A stretch of DNA of 64,000 bases from a virus (IMGVR_UViG_3300009155_000040:32001-96000); one strand, 5' to 3'; counted from the stretch's first letter, positions 29,035 through 38,823 are shown. Made by a program: numbers and translations. The notes: a model not told the origin generated them from the letters alone.

Positions 29035-30650
29035 TATTGAACCTCTCTATCCGTGTTTGCCGGAGTTAATAGTTGTGGCGTTTGATTCTCATGCAATATC
29101 CATGGCTCGTGCATTGGGATGCGTTTCATAATACTAGAAATAGCAGCCTCTTGATATTTGGCTTCTGCCCAATCAGTGGCCGTGCTTGTTTTTGGATTTT
29201 GATGAAGATTCAACGGATTTATAGCTACTGCTTTTGTTGCTGTTCTAGCCACTGGTCCGTTCATATCGATCCTTGCCGCAGTTTCTGTATGATTTCCACC
29301 GCTCTTGATATCTGTAGTTGTGCCTGCTGTAAACTTGTTGCTGGTTCCAGAGTTTAAATCAAACGATGCCGATGTTGTGATTTTTGTGCTGCCGCCAATG
29401 ACATGTTCGTAGTTTCCACCAAGTGTAATTTTTCCATTTGATCCAACTGTGACTAAAAGTTCTGTTGCTATGTCCATTTGCATACGACCGCTCTCTGTGT
29501 GCAGATTAATATTTCTACCTGCTTCCATATTGATGTCTCTATCGGCTTTGATGTTTAAATCATTTTCAGAGTGAATGCTGATAGAGTCTTTTGCAAAAAT
29601 ATCTATCTTTCCATTAGCTGTGAGTTCAATCCACGTTGTGCCTTTGCTGTTGGCAATGTAAATCAAATCTTCTGAATTGTGCATCAATATCTGATGGCCA
29701 GTCCTTGTGCGGATACGGAAATACTCATTATAAGGAATTGTTGGTTCGCCTTTGTCGTTTGTTTTATCTGTTGAACCGACGTATGTTCCGTTTAACACAT
29801 CAACATATTTCATAGGACCAGACGAAGCAGGAGTTGATCTAACATATCTATCATCGCCATCATCCATTACAAATGTGGTTCCTCCTAATCTACTAACAGG
29901 AACCGTCGCTGGCGACTGGTCGTCGGTTTTGCCGATGAATGCTTTTTTTGCTCCGGCTTGTCGATCTACAGGACCAGGAGTTGAAATTCCAAATACCATG
30001 CTCGGTGCTTCTCTGCGAGCTGACGATGTTGTAACTCCGCGGATATCGTCTTCTAATAATCCTTGCTCTACAAATCTATCAACTATAGGATGCAAAGGTT
30101 TTTTAATTTTTTCAACATCGTCAATTTGATTTTTAGAATTTAATCGCTTGTTCATTTCTGCAACAGGCAAAGGCTGTTTTGTGTTAAGACGTTTTTTATC
30201 GTCGTCGTCTAGGTCAACATTTGTTGATCCAGCAATCGCTGGAACCATGTTGTTGATGAATCTTCCAGGAACACAGCCCATCCAGAAACCTTGGCTCGGG
30301 TCTCCGTTGACAAAAAATACAAGAACTGTAACTCCGATATCTGGTGGTACCATCCACCATCCATAGCTTTTTTGAGTATCGTTATATGCTTCAACAGTTT
30401 TAGCGCCATCTGCCGCAGAGTTATTCCCCATATATTCAAATGGAGTATATCCAAAGAAAGGAGATGCTCCTTGAACAACATACGTTTGATCGTTATCGGC
30501 GTTGGCGTTTCCTTGCTCTCTTAATAGGGTAACCTCAAGGCTTCCCATAAAGCTAGGATCTAAATGACTGACAATTCTAGCAAGATACGGGCCTGCACCG
30601 ATATTATTATTTTCGGTCTTACTTGCTACGGTTCTACGTTGTTGAGCCAT
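29034..30650 (-). CDS. gp5: Baseplate central spike, gp5/VgrG-like (OB fold plus beta-helix, no lysozyme insert evident)
   Basis: SYGWWMVPPDIGVTVLVFFVNGDPSQGFWMGC (gp5 OB fold), RIRTRTGHQILMHNSE, then S/T/G-rich beta-helix repeats. Confidence 0.8.
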   Translation of the reverse strand: MAQQRRTVASKTENNNIGAGPYLARIVSHLDPSFMGSLEVTLLREQGNANADNDQTYVVQGASPFFGYTPFEYMGNNSAADGAKTVEAYNDTQKSYGWWMVPPDIGVTVLVFFVNGDPSQGFWMGCVPGRFINNMVPAIAGSTNVDLDDDDKKRLNTKQPLPVAEMNKRLNSKNQIDDVEKIKKPLHPIVDRFVEQGLLEDDIRGVTTSSARREAPSMVFGISTPGPVDRQAGAKKAFIGKTDDQSPATVPVSRLGGTTFVMDDGDDRYVRSTPASSGPMKYVDVLNGTYVGSTDKTNDKGEPTIPYNEYFRIRTRTGHQILMHNSEDLIYIANSKGTTWIELTANGKIDIFAKDSISIHSENDLNIKADRDINMEAGRNINLHTESGRMQMDIATELLVTVGSNGKITLGGNYEHVIGGSTKITTSASFDLNSGTSNKFTAGTTTDIKSGGNHTETAARIDMNGPVARTATKAVAINPLNLHQNPKTSTATDWAEAKYQEAAISSIMKRIPMHEPWILHENQTPQLLTPANTDREVQ

Positions 30651-32974
30651 TAAACTAGTCCTTCGCCTTTGTCGTTAACCGCATATTCTTCTGCGGGGTT
30701 TGTTTTTGGTTTTTCTTGTTGTCCGTTAGATTGAACTGCTAATTGTTTAGATTTATCGTTAGCAATATTAGCAATATTATTAGGATTACTATCTTTAAAG
30801 TCTTGACTTTGCCCAACTTGTCTTATGCAGGTTAGTCGTTGTTTGAATACACCATCGTTAAAAGTATTTTCACACTGAGTAACTCTGTAGATTCCGCTGA
30901 ACGGACTTTCTTTACCCTTTGTAGGCCACTGATATAATCCTGTTTTTTCATCAATATCTGCAGGAGTTCTAAATGTTATGTAGATAAAAACATCTCCGCC
31001 TTCGTAGTTTAACGTTCCGTCTTCTGTTAAAAATCTACTCTTTGTACTAGTCCTAGCAAAATAATTTGAAATTCCGCTGTCTACCATCCAGTAAGGATCG
31101 CCAACGGTTTCTAAATTAACTTTAACTAGGTCGCCGGCGCCAGAGGAAATAAATGCCTGATGGAATGATTCTGCAACTTTTTGTTCTGTGTCTTGATCTC
31201 GTTGTCCGCCTGTGGGTTTTTTCAATTGCACCGGATCTTTTTTAACTCGACGTCTTCCATTAACCACTTCCAGTGCCTTGGGCCCCGAGGCTGTTTTATT
31301 AGTTGGTGTTTCTTTTCCGGGTGCTTCAGTAGTACCTTTTTGGTCTTGATTTACTACTTTGCCGCTGTTGGCTTCTGGTGATGAATTAATTCCTGTAAAG
31401 AATAAATTATCAATTGTAATATCAAATTTTAACACGTCTACATTTTTTCCAGTGTAGATATAATTGTATTGTTTAACTACTTGTTTTAACAGCTCGGAGT
31501 AGTCCATTGGCCCAGCGGTTGCAGGCGAAAACACAGAACGGTGAACTAGGAACGGCACAACTCTAAAAACATATTTGTAAGCATAGTCGCCTGTGTAAGG
31601 ATCAAGTGATTTTATCTGCACTTGGGTATCTAGTCGCCACCATTTGATAAAATCATTTACAAGATTTTTTGGATCTAGTGCTCGCTTTGCATACGTCGAA
31701 CTTAGAATAATTTGATTTATTATGGTTGTTAATTTTTGTTCTTGGGTAAATTGGAATGTTCGTGTTTTAGGATTGATAACCATGTTATCTCTGTTGACCA
31801 CTCCTGTTGCTTTATCAACCGAATCGCCAACTTGACTAAACGGGTAATTTCCTCCAGTGGATTTTCCTAGTGCAAAATCTGCCTTTCCGATGTCATTCTC
31901 TCCAAACTCGAGAACCACCGCAACATTTTTTCCGGTGACCTGTGCTGTTTCAGGGGCTTTAGGATCCGCTGTGGCTCTTTTTGTAACTCCCGGAATCTCG
32001 GCAGCATTAATATACTCGTCTGACTTTGTAGGAAATTCAATTATATAGGTATCCGGAACACTTATTTTTTCTGCTTTAACTGCTTGCTCTTCCAAGCCGT
32101 TTAGATATGCCATTAAACTATTTTTACCAGTGCATAATAATTCTTTTACATCTCCAGGACCGTTGTCTGATAAACTTAATTTTACATCAGTATAGGCAAC
32201 GTTGACCGCGTCATCAAAACCTGCACTACTCATAGGCACAGCTTCGCATTTATATACGCTGCCGGTCTCGGTTACAGTGAATGTTATTTTTATAAACTTT
32301 AGTCCCCAAAACTTTGGTTTGATCGATGATAATATTTTTCCATCATCACTAGATCCCATAAAATCTAATCTTAATACAAACGGAGCTTGATTATAATTAA
32401 CATGCCCTGCATTTTTTGCAGCAACCTGTAAACTTTGTAATAACAGGCCCATGCTGTGAGGTTCAATAATATCAAAGGTGAATTTAAATGCATTTGTGTT
32501 ACCGGTTTTTCCAGTAGGTGCAATTGCAGTCTGCATCACAAAGTTATTAACATAGTACTCAGGAGCACCGTAGGCTGTACTAACACGTTGCTTATCAAAC
32601 CGTCCGCCAGATGCAAACACAACATATTGTAAGTCCTTAGGACTATTTCTATAAGACATTGGATTATTAAACTGTTCAATAGTAACCGCAGACAGCGTCC
32701 ACATCGGCGACATTGAAGCAAAATTTTCTAAAGGATTTAACAGAAGGTTAGTAAGATTAGACTCTGGGGTAGTTTTAATAATTCCTTCTTTTTGAAGGAT
32801 AGATGTTATACCGCCTAGCTGTAAAGGATCTGATGCTTTCGCTGGAAGCAGTCCGGTTATTCTTTGTGCAGCCCCTTGAGCTAGACCGCTGGCTGTAGCA
32901 ATAAAGTCTAGTGCCGAACCGTCTGGTTTTACAAGTTTAGCAATGTCAGATACGCCAATGTCTCGAATCGCCAT
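30650..32974 (-). CDS. Putative baseplate hub protein (gp27-like; 774 aa)
   Basis: Position between the gp53-like and gp5-like genes. VNLETVGDPYW and FSGIYRVTQCENTFNDGVFKQRL resemble hub/late-control-D C-terminal motifs. Confidence 0.6.
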   Translation of the reverse strand: MAIRDIGVSDIAKLVKPDGSALDFIATASGLAQGAAQRITGLLPAKASDPLQLGGITSILQKEGIIKTTPESNLTNLLLNPLENFASMSPMWTLSAVTIEQFNNPMSYRNSPKDLQYVVFASGGRFDKQRVSTAYGAPEYYVNNFVMQTAIAPTGKTGNTNAFKFTFDIIEPHSMGLLLQSLQVAAKNAGHVNYNQAPFVLRLDFMGSSDDGKILSSIKPKFWGLKFIKITFTVTETGSVYKCEAVPMSSAGFDDAVNVAYTDVKLSLSDNGPGDVKELLCTGKNSLMAYLNGLEEQAVKAEKISVPDTYIIEFPTKSDEYINAAEIPGVTKRATADPKAPETAQVTGKNVAVVLEFGENDIGKADFALGKSTGGNYPFSQVGDSVDKATGVVNRDNMVINPKTRTFQFTQEQKLTTIINQIILSSTYAKRALDPKNLVNDFIKWWRLDTQVQIKSLDPYTGDYAYKYVFRVVPFLVHRSVFSPATAGPMDYSELLKQVVKQYNYIYTGKNVDVLKFDITIDNLFFTGINSSPEANSGKVVNQDQKGTTEAPGKETPTNKTASGPKALEVVNGRRRVKKDPVQLKKPTGGQRDQDTEQKVAESFHQAFISSGAGDLVKVNLETVGDPYWMVDSGISNYFARTSTKSRFLTEDGTLNYEGGDVFIYITFRTPADIDEKTGLYQWPTKGKESPFSGIYRVTQCENTFNDGVFKQRLTCIRQVGQSQDFKDSNPNNIANIANDKSKQLAVQSNGQQEKPKTNPAEEYAVNDKGEGLV

Positions 32975-32975
32975 A

Positions 32976-33275
32976 TTATATTCCTAGAAATTTTTCTAGA
33001 TTACTTTTTTTAGGAATGTAGATAGTGGTTCCTGGAGTAAAATCGTAAATTGGATCTTTGAGAACACTCATATTTCTTTGAACAAACACCCACCATAGTT
33101 TTGGATTGCCGTACAAGTCGTATGCCAGCAAATCGGGTCTATTGTTATATTGTCCTTCTATGGTATATTTGAAATCGTCAGGCTCCGAAGGAATAGGGCG
33201 GATGTCCATCAACTCCATATAAAAATTATTTTGAGAAGTTGTATACCACGGACTAGAATTATTATATGTTGCCAT
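32976..33275 (-). CDS. gp53: Baseplate wedge protein, gp53-like (LysM-type)
   Basis: YNNRPDLLAYDLYGNPKLWWVFVQRN...IYDFTPGTTIYIP. Confidence 0.85.
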   Translation of the reverse strand: MATYNNSSPWYTTSQNNFYMELMDIRPIPSEPDDFKYTIEGQYNNRPDLLAYDLYGNPKLWWVFVQRNMSVLKDPIYDFTPGTTIYIPKKSNLEKFLGI

Positions 33276-33276
33276 C

Positions 33277-34368
33277 TTAGATGAAACCTATGTTGTCACT
33301 ACCTTGAGTGGTTTTACCTTTTGCGTAATCTTCTAAACTAAACTTACGCAATCTTCTTCTATTGTAAACAGGAGATACTGTAACTGTTATTGTGCTTAAT
33401 ACCGGAACCCAAGTGTTGGCTCCAAACTTTGTACATCGTATGTAGTTGACATCGTCTTTAAGTTCGACCTGAAACGATTTAACAATTACTGGAACTTTGT
33501 CAAATACATTTGATCCATATCCTGTTAAATTACAAATGATCGGAGGATTGCCTGCTAAAGCTCCTTCGCCAAAAAACATTTTGGTAGCAGTCTTAAAGAA
33601 TGTAGTTGCGGCAATCCAGTAGGCTGCTTCACCATCTGTTTCACAACTAAACTCACCAGAAATTGTTATATCTTCAACGGAACTGTTTTTATAACCGTAA
33701 GATGTATAATTGCTATGAACTGGTTCAATCGGAGTGTAGTTTGCTTTTGTTGAAACTGTAATATTTGGAGTATACGGCCAAACTACACCGCCTGTATTTT
33801 CTAAAAGTTTAAACCATTCGCCACCAAATAAATTCCATTGGCAGGTTAGTCGTACTCTCCAGTCGTCTTTCGCGCCAGGAGATAATTTGATACCTTGGCC
33901 TTGATTCATAAATAACTCACCACCAGCAGGAAGATTCGCTCCACGTTTTAAACTTAGGAGATTGTTCAACATGCCAGCACCACTTGAAATTTTTCCAGCA
34001 AGATCTTGTAAGCCGCCGGCTAAATTTCCACCCGTAAATTTATTAAGTACACCTTGGATATCTGCTGTAGTATTGCTGATTATTCCAGGAACAGATGATA
34101 GAGAACTTGTGAGTCCGCCTAGGCCAGGAATACTACCAGGCTTAAAGCCAATACCACTAAATGTAGATGCATTAAGTCCAATGCCGGAACTGAACTGATT
34201 GAGTCCACTTCCTAACTGTCCACTAAGCTGTGCGACTTTAGCATCTAAGTTTTCTTTTGACAAGGAGTCAACCGAAGGTAGCGATCCCATTGATTCAGAT
34301 ACACGTTTAGCCAGGCTTTCTGATTGAGTTGCAATCAATTGTGCTAGAGGATTAATGTTTAACGCCAT
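33277..34368 (-). CDS. Tail-tube initiator/baseplate cap protein (gp48/gp54-like)
   Basis: Low-complexity N-terminal half, then VWPYTPNITVS.KANY...HSNY...ITISGEF...GNPPIICNLTGYG...VPVIVKSF, a tube-like fold pattern. First gene of the baseplate operon. Confidence 0.65.
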   Translation of the reverse strand: MALNINPLAQLIATQSESLAKRVSESMGSLPSVDSLSKENLDAKVAQLSGQLGSGLNQFSSGIGLNASTFSGIGFKPGSIPGLGGLTSSLSSVPGIISNTTADIQGVLNKFTGGNLAGGLQDLAGKISSGAGMLNNLLSLKRGANLPAGGELFMNQGQGIKLSPGAKDDWRVRLTCQWNLFGGEWFKLLENTGGVVWPYTPNITVSTKANYTPIEPVHSNYTSYGYKNSSVEDITISGEFSCETDGEAAYWIAATTFFKTATKMFFGEGALAGNPPIICNLTGYGSNVFDKVPVIVKSFQVELKDDVNYIRCTKFGANTWVPVLSTITVTVSPVYNRRRLRKFSLEDYAKGKTTQGSDNIGFI

Positions 34369-34394
34369 TTTGGTAAGATTCCTTTATTATACTC

Positions 34395-34402
34395 TATTTA
34401 TT
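34395..34402 (-). promoter_or_regulatory. Late-promoter-like box AATAAATA driving the baseplate operon
   Basis: TAAATA core in the divergent gap, 26 nt upstream of ATG 34368. Confidence 0.65.
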
Positions 34403-34449
34403 CTTGACAATATGTGCTATTATTATAACTAGTAGGAGAACCTTAACTA

Positions 34450-35334
34450 ATGACTATTATTACAACTGTACCAAAAATTAAGTACTTGACAAACAAGGAT
34501 TTATTAAAAGAAATCCATTTAAGCAAAAATACGTATTGCAGTTTTACCAAACCCGAATATCACGAATATGACCTAATTGTTCCTAACTTAGAAAAACTCA
34601 ATATTCGTACTGTTGCCGAAGCTAAAAGAAACAGGGCAATAAGATTAGGCAAACAGGCACACGAAGCTGCTGTAATCGCAGGGGGCAAAAAATTACCATC
34701 TAAAGAATTTGAAGTTGATTATAAAAAAATCAAAAAAGAAGAATTAGTTTTTAGAATTATGACATTCCAACACGTTCCGCTTGCTCCTGGACGTAAAAAG
34801 ACCTTAAAGAATACCGCAGATAGTCACGAAAAAGTAAATTTTCCTCCCTTCCAACATTGGAAGTATGACGACAAAGGTAATTTAATCTGTGTAGGCAAGA
34901 GCCATTGGAAGGGTGATTTAGTCACCGGCGAGTTTAATAAAGAATATGGGCAGATGACCAACAACTTGGCTCGTATGTTTATTAAACTTTGCGAAAGATA
35001 TGCAACACGTGGCAACGTTCGCGGTTACACATACAACGATGAAATGCGTGGGCAAGCAATTCTCCAGTTAACTCAGATAGGATTACAATTTGATGAGTCT
35101 AAGAGCGACAACCCTTTTGCTTATTATACTGCTGCCGTTACTAATAGCTTCGTCAGAATCATTAACATTGAGAAGCGTAATCAAAATATTAGGGATGATA
35201 TTTTAGAAATGAACGGAATGAATCCAAGTTGGACTAGACAGAATGCAGGTGCTGGCCCAATTACTCCCGGCCCTGTTACAACAGGCGGAGTTGTTGGAGG
35301 AACAGTTGACAGTACTGGTAGTGATTGGGATTGA
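34450..35334 (+). CDS. gp55: Late-transcription sigma factor, T4 gp55-like
   Basis: KYLTNKDLLKEI and GYTYNDEMRGQAILQL...FDESKSDNPFAYYT...NSFVRIINIEKRNQ resemble gp55. Immediately precedes gp47/gp46, as in T4-like phages. Confidence 0.85.
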   Translation: MTIITTVPKIKYLTNKDLLKEIHLSKNTYCSFTKPEYHEYDLIVPNLEKLNIRTVAEAKRNRAIRLGKQAHEAAVIAGGKKLPSKEFEVDYKKIKKEELVFRIMTFQHVPLAPGRKKTLKNTADSHEKVNFPPFQHWKYDDKGNLICVGKSHWKGDLVTGEFNKEYGQMTNNLARMFIKLCERYATRGNVRGYTYNDEMRGQAILQLTQIGLQFDESKSDNPFAYYTAAVTNSFVRIINIEKRNQNIRDDILEMNGMNPSWTRQNAGAGPITPGPVTTGGVVGGTVDSTGSDWD

Positions 35335-35360
35335 CCTTTAGCCGTACAACGTAGTACAAT
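35331..35360 (+). promoter_or_regulatory. Sigma70-type promoter for gp47-gp46
   Basis: TTGACC-18 nt-TACAAT, followed by AAGGAG RBS at 35365-35370. Confidence 0.6.
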
Positions 35361-35375
35361 AATAAAGGAGATCCT

Positions 35376-36386
35376 ATGAACCTATTCAAAAAAGTTGCTT
35401 GTTTCACCGACATACATTTCGGTTTAAAATCTGGAAGCCGTACCCATAATCAAGATTGCGAAGATTTTGTGACTTGGTTTTGCGAAACCGCGAAGCGGGA
35501 AAATTGCGAAACAGCAATTTTCTTAGGCGATTGGCACCATAATCGTAGTACTACCGATGTCAGTACTATGAATTACACCGTTAGTAATCTAGAACGCCTA
35601 AGTCAGAACTTTGAAAAAGTCTATTTTATACTGGGCAATCACGATCTATTCTACAAAGACAAACGTGAAATCAACAGTGTTGAGTTTATGCGATTGTTTC
35701 CAAACGTAGTACCTATTAAAGAAACGCTGACAGAAGGCGGTGTCACTATTATGCCTTGGCTGGTTGCTGATGAATGGAAGGATATTCCTAAAATCAAAAG
35801 CAAGTATCTATTCGGACATTTAGAATTACCATTATTCTATATGAATGCCATGGTACAGATGCCTGATCACGGGCAGTTGCAAGCTGATCATTTCCATAAT
35901 CAAGAGTATGTGTTTAGTGGGCATTTCCACAAACGTCAAACCAAGGGCAATGTAACCTACATCGGTAATGCTTTCCCTCACAACTATGCAGACAGCAGTG
36001 ATGATGAACGGGGCATGATGATTTTAGAGTGGGGCAGTAAGCCTGAATATCATACTTGGCCGGGACAACCTGTATATCGAACTTATAAACTAAGTCAAAT
36101 TATTGATAGTCCAGACAAATTACTGCGTGAAAAGATGCATTGTCGTGTGACCATTGACTTGCCCATTAGTTTTGAAGAAGCAAACTTTATTCGTGAAACA
36201 TTTATGCCGCAGTACAATCTGCGTGAGCTGATGTTGATCCCAGAAAAAGTAGAAGTAGATTCTAATACAACGCCAATTGATATTAACTTTGAAAGTGTTG
36301 ATACAATTGTAATGAATCAAATTAATGCTATCGAAAGCGATGCTTACGACAAGAATCTATTATTGGACATTTATAAAGACTTATGA
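35376..36386 (+). CDS. gp47: Recombination endonuclease subunit (Mre11/SbcD-like)
   Basis: Metallophosphoesterase motifs DIH, GDWHH, GNHD, GHFH. Confidence 0.93.
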   Translation: MNLFKKVACFTDIHFGLKSGSRTHNQDCEDFVTWFCETAKRENCETAIFLGDWHHNRSTTDVSTMNYTVSNLERLSQNFEKVYFILGNHDLFYKDKREINSVEFMRLFPNVVPIKETLTEGGVTIMPWLVADEWKDIPKIKSKYLFGHLELPLFYMNAMVQMPDHGQLQADHFHNQEYVFSGHFHKRQTKGNVTYIGNAFPHNYADSSDDERGMMILEWGSKPEYHTWPGQPVYRTYKLSQIIDSPDKLLREKMHCRVTIDLPISFEEANFIRETFMPQYNLRELMLIPEKVEVDSNTTPIDINFESVDTIVMNQINAIESDAYDKNLLLDIYKDL

Positions 36387-38161
36387 TCAAAATAAAAAAC
36401 CTAACTGTTAGAAATTTTATGAGTGTGGGCAATCAAACCCAAGCCATAGACTTTGACAAAGGACAGCTTACACTGGTACTAGGTGAAAACTTAGACTTAG
36501 GCGGAGATGATAGTGGTGCTCGTAATGGTACAGGTAAGACCACAATCATCAACGGGCTCAGTTATGCTATCTACGGTACAGCATTAACCAACATCAAACG
36601 TGATAATCTCATCAATAAGATCAACGGCAAAGGCATGTTGTGTACTGTTACCTTCGAAAAAGACGGAATTGAGTATCATATTGAACGAGGACGCAAGCCT
36701 AATCTATTAAAATTCAGTATTAATGGGCAAGAACAGGATCTTGAGGATCTAGACGAATCGCAAGGCGACAGCAGAGAAACACAAAAAGCCATCGAAGAAA
36801 TGATTAGCATGAGTCACGACATGTTTAAACATCTTGTGGCATTGAATACCTACACAGAACCGTTCCTAGCTATGAAAGCTGGCGAACAAAGAAACATTAT
36901 TGAACAGCTATTAGGTATTACCCTGCTTTCAGAAAAAGCAGAATCTCTAAAAGAACTGGTTCGATTGAGCAAAGATAATATTCAAACTGAAAATACTCGT
37001 ATCGAAACTATCAAAGCCAGTAACGAACGTATTCAACAGAGTATCGAAGCACTAGAGCGTAAGCAAAAAATGTGGGACGATACTAAAGAAAAGAATATTG
37101 AAAACATTTTAAAGAATATTGATCATTTAAGTCACATCGATTCGGACGTTGAAATTGCTAATCACAGAGCATTGGCTGAATACAACACCAAACGAAAGGA
37201 TCTTGCTGATCTAAACAAATCAATTGTACGTGCAGAAGCAGACGAAGCACGTGAACTGAAACAGGTTGAAAAACTAAAGAAAGAAATTGCAGATCTAGAG
37301 GATCACAAGTGTTATGCTTGTGGACAGGATCTACATGACAGCAAGCACGAAGAAGTATTAGAGTCTAAGAAGAAAGCTCTACAAGAATCTGCACTACAGG
37401 CGCTGTCTACAAATACACAATGGATCGAACTAACTGGTGCTGTTAAAGAAATAGGTGAACTAGGACCTATGCCTAAGGTATTTTACGATAGTTTAGAACA
37501 GGCACTTAACCATAAGAACACAATTGAGAGTTTTGAAAAGGATTTAATGCTGAAAGAAGCAGAAACCAATCCTTATCTAGAGCAAATTGAAGAATTAAAG
37601 AAAACAGCCGTGCAGGAAATCGACTGGAATGCTGTAAACGATCTAGTGCGTGTTAAAGAGCATCAAGAATTCTTGTACAAACTGCTGACAAATAAAGATA
37701 GCTTTGTACGTAAACGTATTATTGATCAAAACCTAGCATTCTTAAATCAACGATTAACCTACTATCTCGATAAAATTGGTTTGCCGCACATTGTTGAGTT
37801 TCAAAATGATCTAAGTGTGGTTATTACACAGCTAGGACAGGACTTAGACTTTGATAATTTGTCACGTGGTGAACGTAATAGATTGATTTTATCGTTAAGT
37901 TGGGCGTTCCGTGATGTATGGGAAAACCTTTATCATCCAATTAATCTATTATTCATTGATGAGTTAGTAGACAGTGGCATGGATGCCAGCGGTGTTGAAT
38001 CTAGTATTGCTGTGCTTAAAAAAATGACACGTGAACGCAACAAGAATGTATTCTTGATCAGTCACCGAGACGATCTAACAAGTCGTGTTAATCATGTTCT
38101 TAAAGTTATTAAAGAAAACGGTTTCACTAGCTACAGCAACGATGTGGAGATTGTTGCTTGA
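36383..38161 (+). CDS. gp46: Recombination ATPase subunit (Rad50/SbcC-like)
   Basis: Walker A GARNGTGKT, coiled coil with CYAC zinc hook, signature LSRGE, Walker B LLFIDE. ATGA overlap with gp47. Confidence 0.95.
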   Translation: MIKIKNLTVRNFMSVGNQTQAIDFDKGQLTLVLGENLDLGGDDSGARNGTGKTTIINGLSYAIYGTALTNIKRDNLINKINGKGMLCTVTFEKDGIEYHIERGRKPNLLKFSINGQEQDLEDLDESQGDSRETQKAIEEMISMSHDMFKHLVALNTYTEPFLAMKAGEQRNIIEQLLGITLLSEKAESLKELVRLSKDNIQTENTRIETIKASNERIQQSIEALERKQKMWDDTKEKNIENILKNIDHLSHIDSDVEIANHRALAEYNTKRKDLADLNKSIVRAEADEARELKQVEKLKKEIADLEDHKCYACGQDLHDSKHEEVLESKKKALQESALQALSTNTQWIELTGAVKEIGELGPMPKVFYDSLEQALNHKNTIESFEKDLMLKEAETNPYLEQIEELKKTAVQEIDWNAVNDLVRVKEHQEFLYKLLTNKDSFVRKRIIDQNLAFLNQRLTYYLDKIGLPHIVEFQNDLSVVITQLGQDLDFDNLSRGERNRLILSLSWAFRDVWENLYHPINLLFIDELVDSGMDASGVESSIAVLKKMTRERNKNVFLISHRDDLTSRVNHVLKVIKENGFTSYSNDVEIVA

Positions 38162-38388
38162 GTTCAGAAAGTCACGATAAGATGATTGCTGCTTTTCAGG
38201 AATATTTTAAGTGGCAGGACAGATTTGAATACCGAGGCTCAGACGAAGCAGGCATTAAGGCACGATATTGGCTATCAGAAATACGCAACGAAGCATCAAA
38301 AAGACGAACAGAAATACAGGCAAAACGAGAAGAACGTAAGCTAGCCAGAAAAGGCAAGCCCGGAAGGCCACCGAAAATAACTAAGTGA
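38158..38388 (+). CDS. Small basic protein, possibly Hc1 (histone H1-like) family
   Basis: TTG start overlaps the gp46 stop. GSDEAGIKARYWLSEIRNEASKRRTEI resembles the Hc1 core. Basic tail KGKPGRPPK. Confidence 0.5.
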   Translation: MSSESHDKMIAAFQEYFKWQDRFEYRGSDEAGIKARYWLSEIRNEASKRRTEIQAKREERKLARKGKPGRPPKITK

Positions 38389-38823
38389 GTGCATTGGACG
38401 TATCAAAATCAACCCGTAGACGAAATACCAGAAGGCTATATTGGCTTTGTTTATATAATCACGAATAAAACAACCGGACAGAAGTACATAGGCAAGAAAC
38501 TAGCACAGTTTAAACGTACTAAACCCCCACTCAAAGGCAAAAAACTTAAAAGAAGAAGCACAGTAGAAAGCGATTGGCGTGAATACTGGGGTTCATCCGA
38601 TAGGTTAAACGCAGACGTCCAAGCATTAGGTCCGGAAAACTTCACAAGAGAAATACTTTACCTTTGCAAATCCAAGGCAGAACTAAGTTATTTAGAAGCA
38701 AGAGAGCAGTTTGAACGCAGAGTTTTAGAAACAGATGACTATTATAATGGCATTATAAACGTCAGAGTCGGCGGATCGAATATACTTAGACAGCGTCTAG
38801 AAGAACAAAAAAAGACAAAATAA
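38389..38823 (+). CDS. GIY-YIG family endonuclease (stand-alone, 144 aa)
   Basis: GFVYIITNKTTGQKYIGKK...YWGSS...F.REIL...E motifs. GTG start directly after the previous stop. Confidence 0.8.
   Translation: MHWTYQNQPVDEIPEGYIGFVYIITNKTTGQKYIGKKLAQFKRTKPPLKGKKLKRRSTVESDWREYWGSSDRLNADVQALGPENFTREILYLCKSKAELSYLEAREQFERRVLETDDYYNGIINVRVGGSNILRQRLEEQKKTK

Noticed and set aside
2055-33275. Numerous plus-strand ORFs of 60-220 aa opposite the structural genes, and equivalent minus-strand ORFs opposite 34.4-64 kb genes (e.g. 48397..48900, 56516..57013)
   Set aside because: Antisense shadows of long genes with biased codon use; no RBS, promoter or recognisable motifs.
34404-34430. TTGACA upstream of the gp55-like gene as a sigma70 -35
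   Set aside because: The nearest good -10 hexamers (TATAAC, TATTAT) are 14 nt or less away. An early promoter is plausible but cannot be placed confidently.
38389-38823. GIY-YIG gene as a mobile homing endonuclease
   Set aside because: Catalytic domain only, with no DNA-binding extension, and tightly coupled in the operon. It does not interrupt a gene, so it is more likely a resident nuclease.
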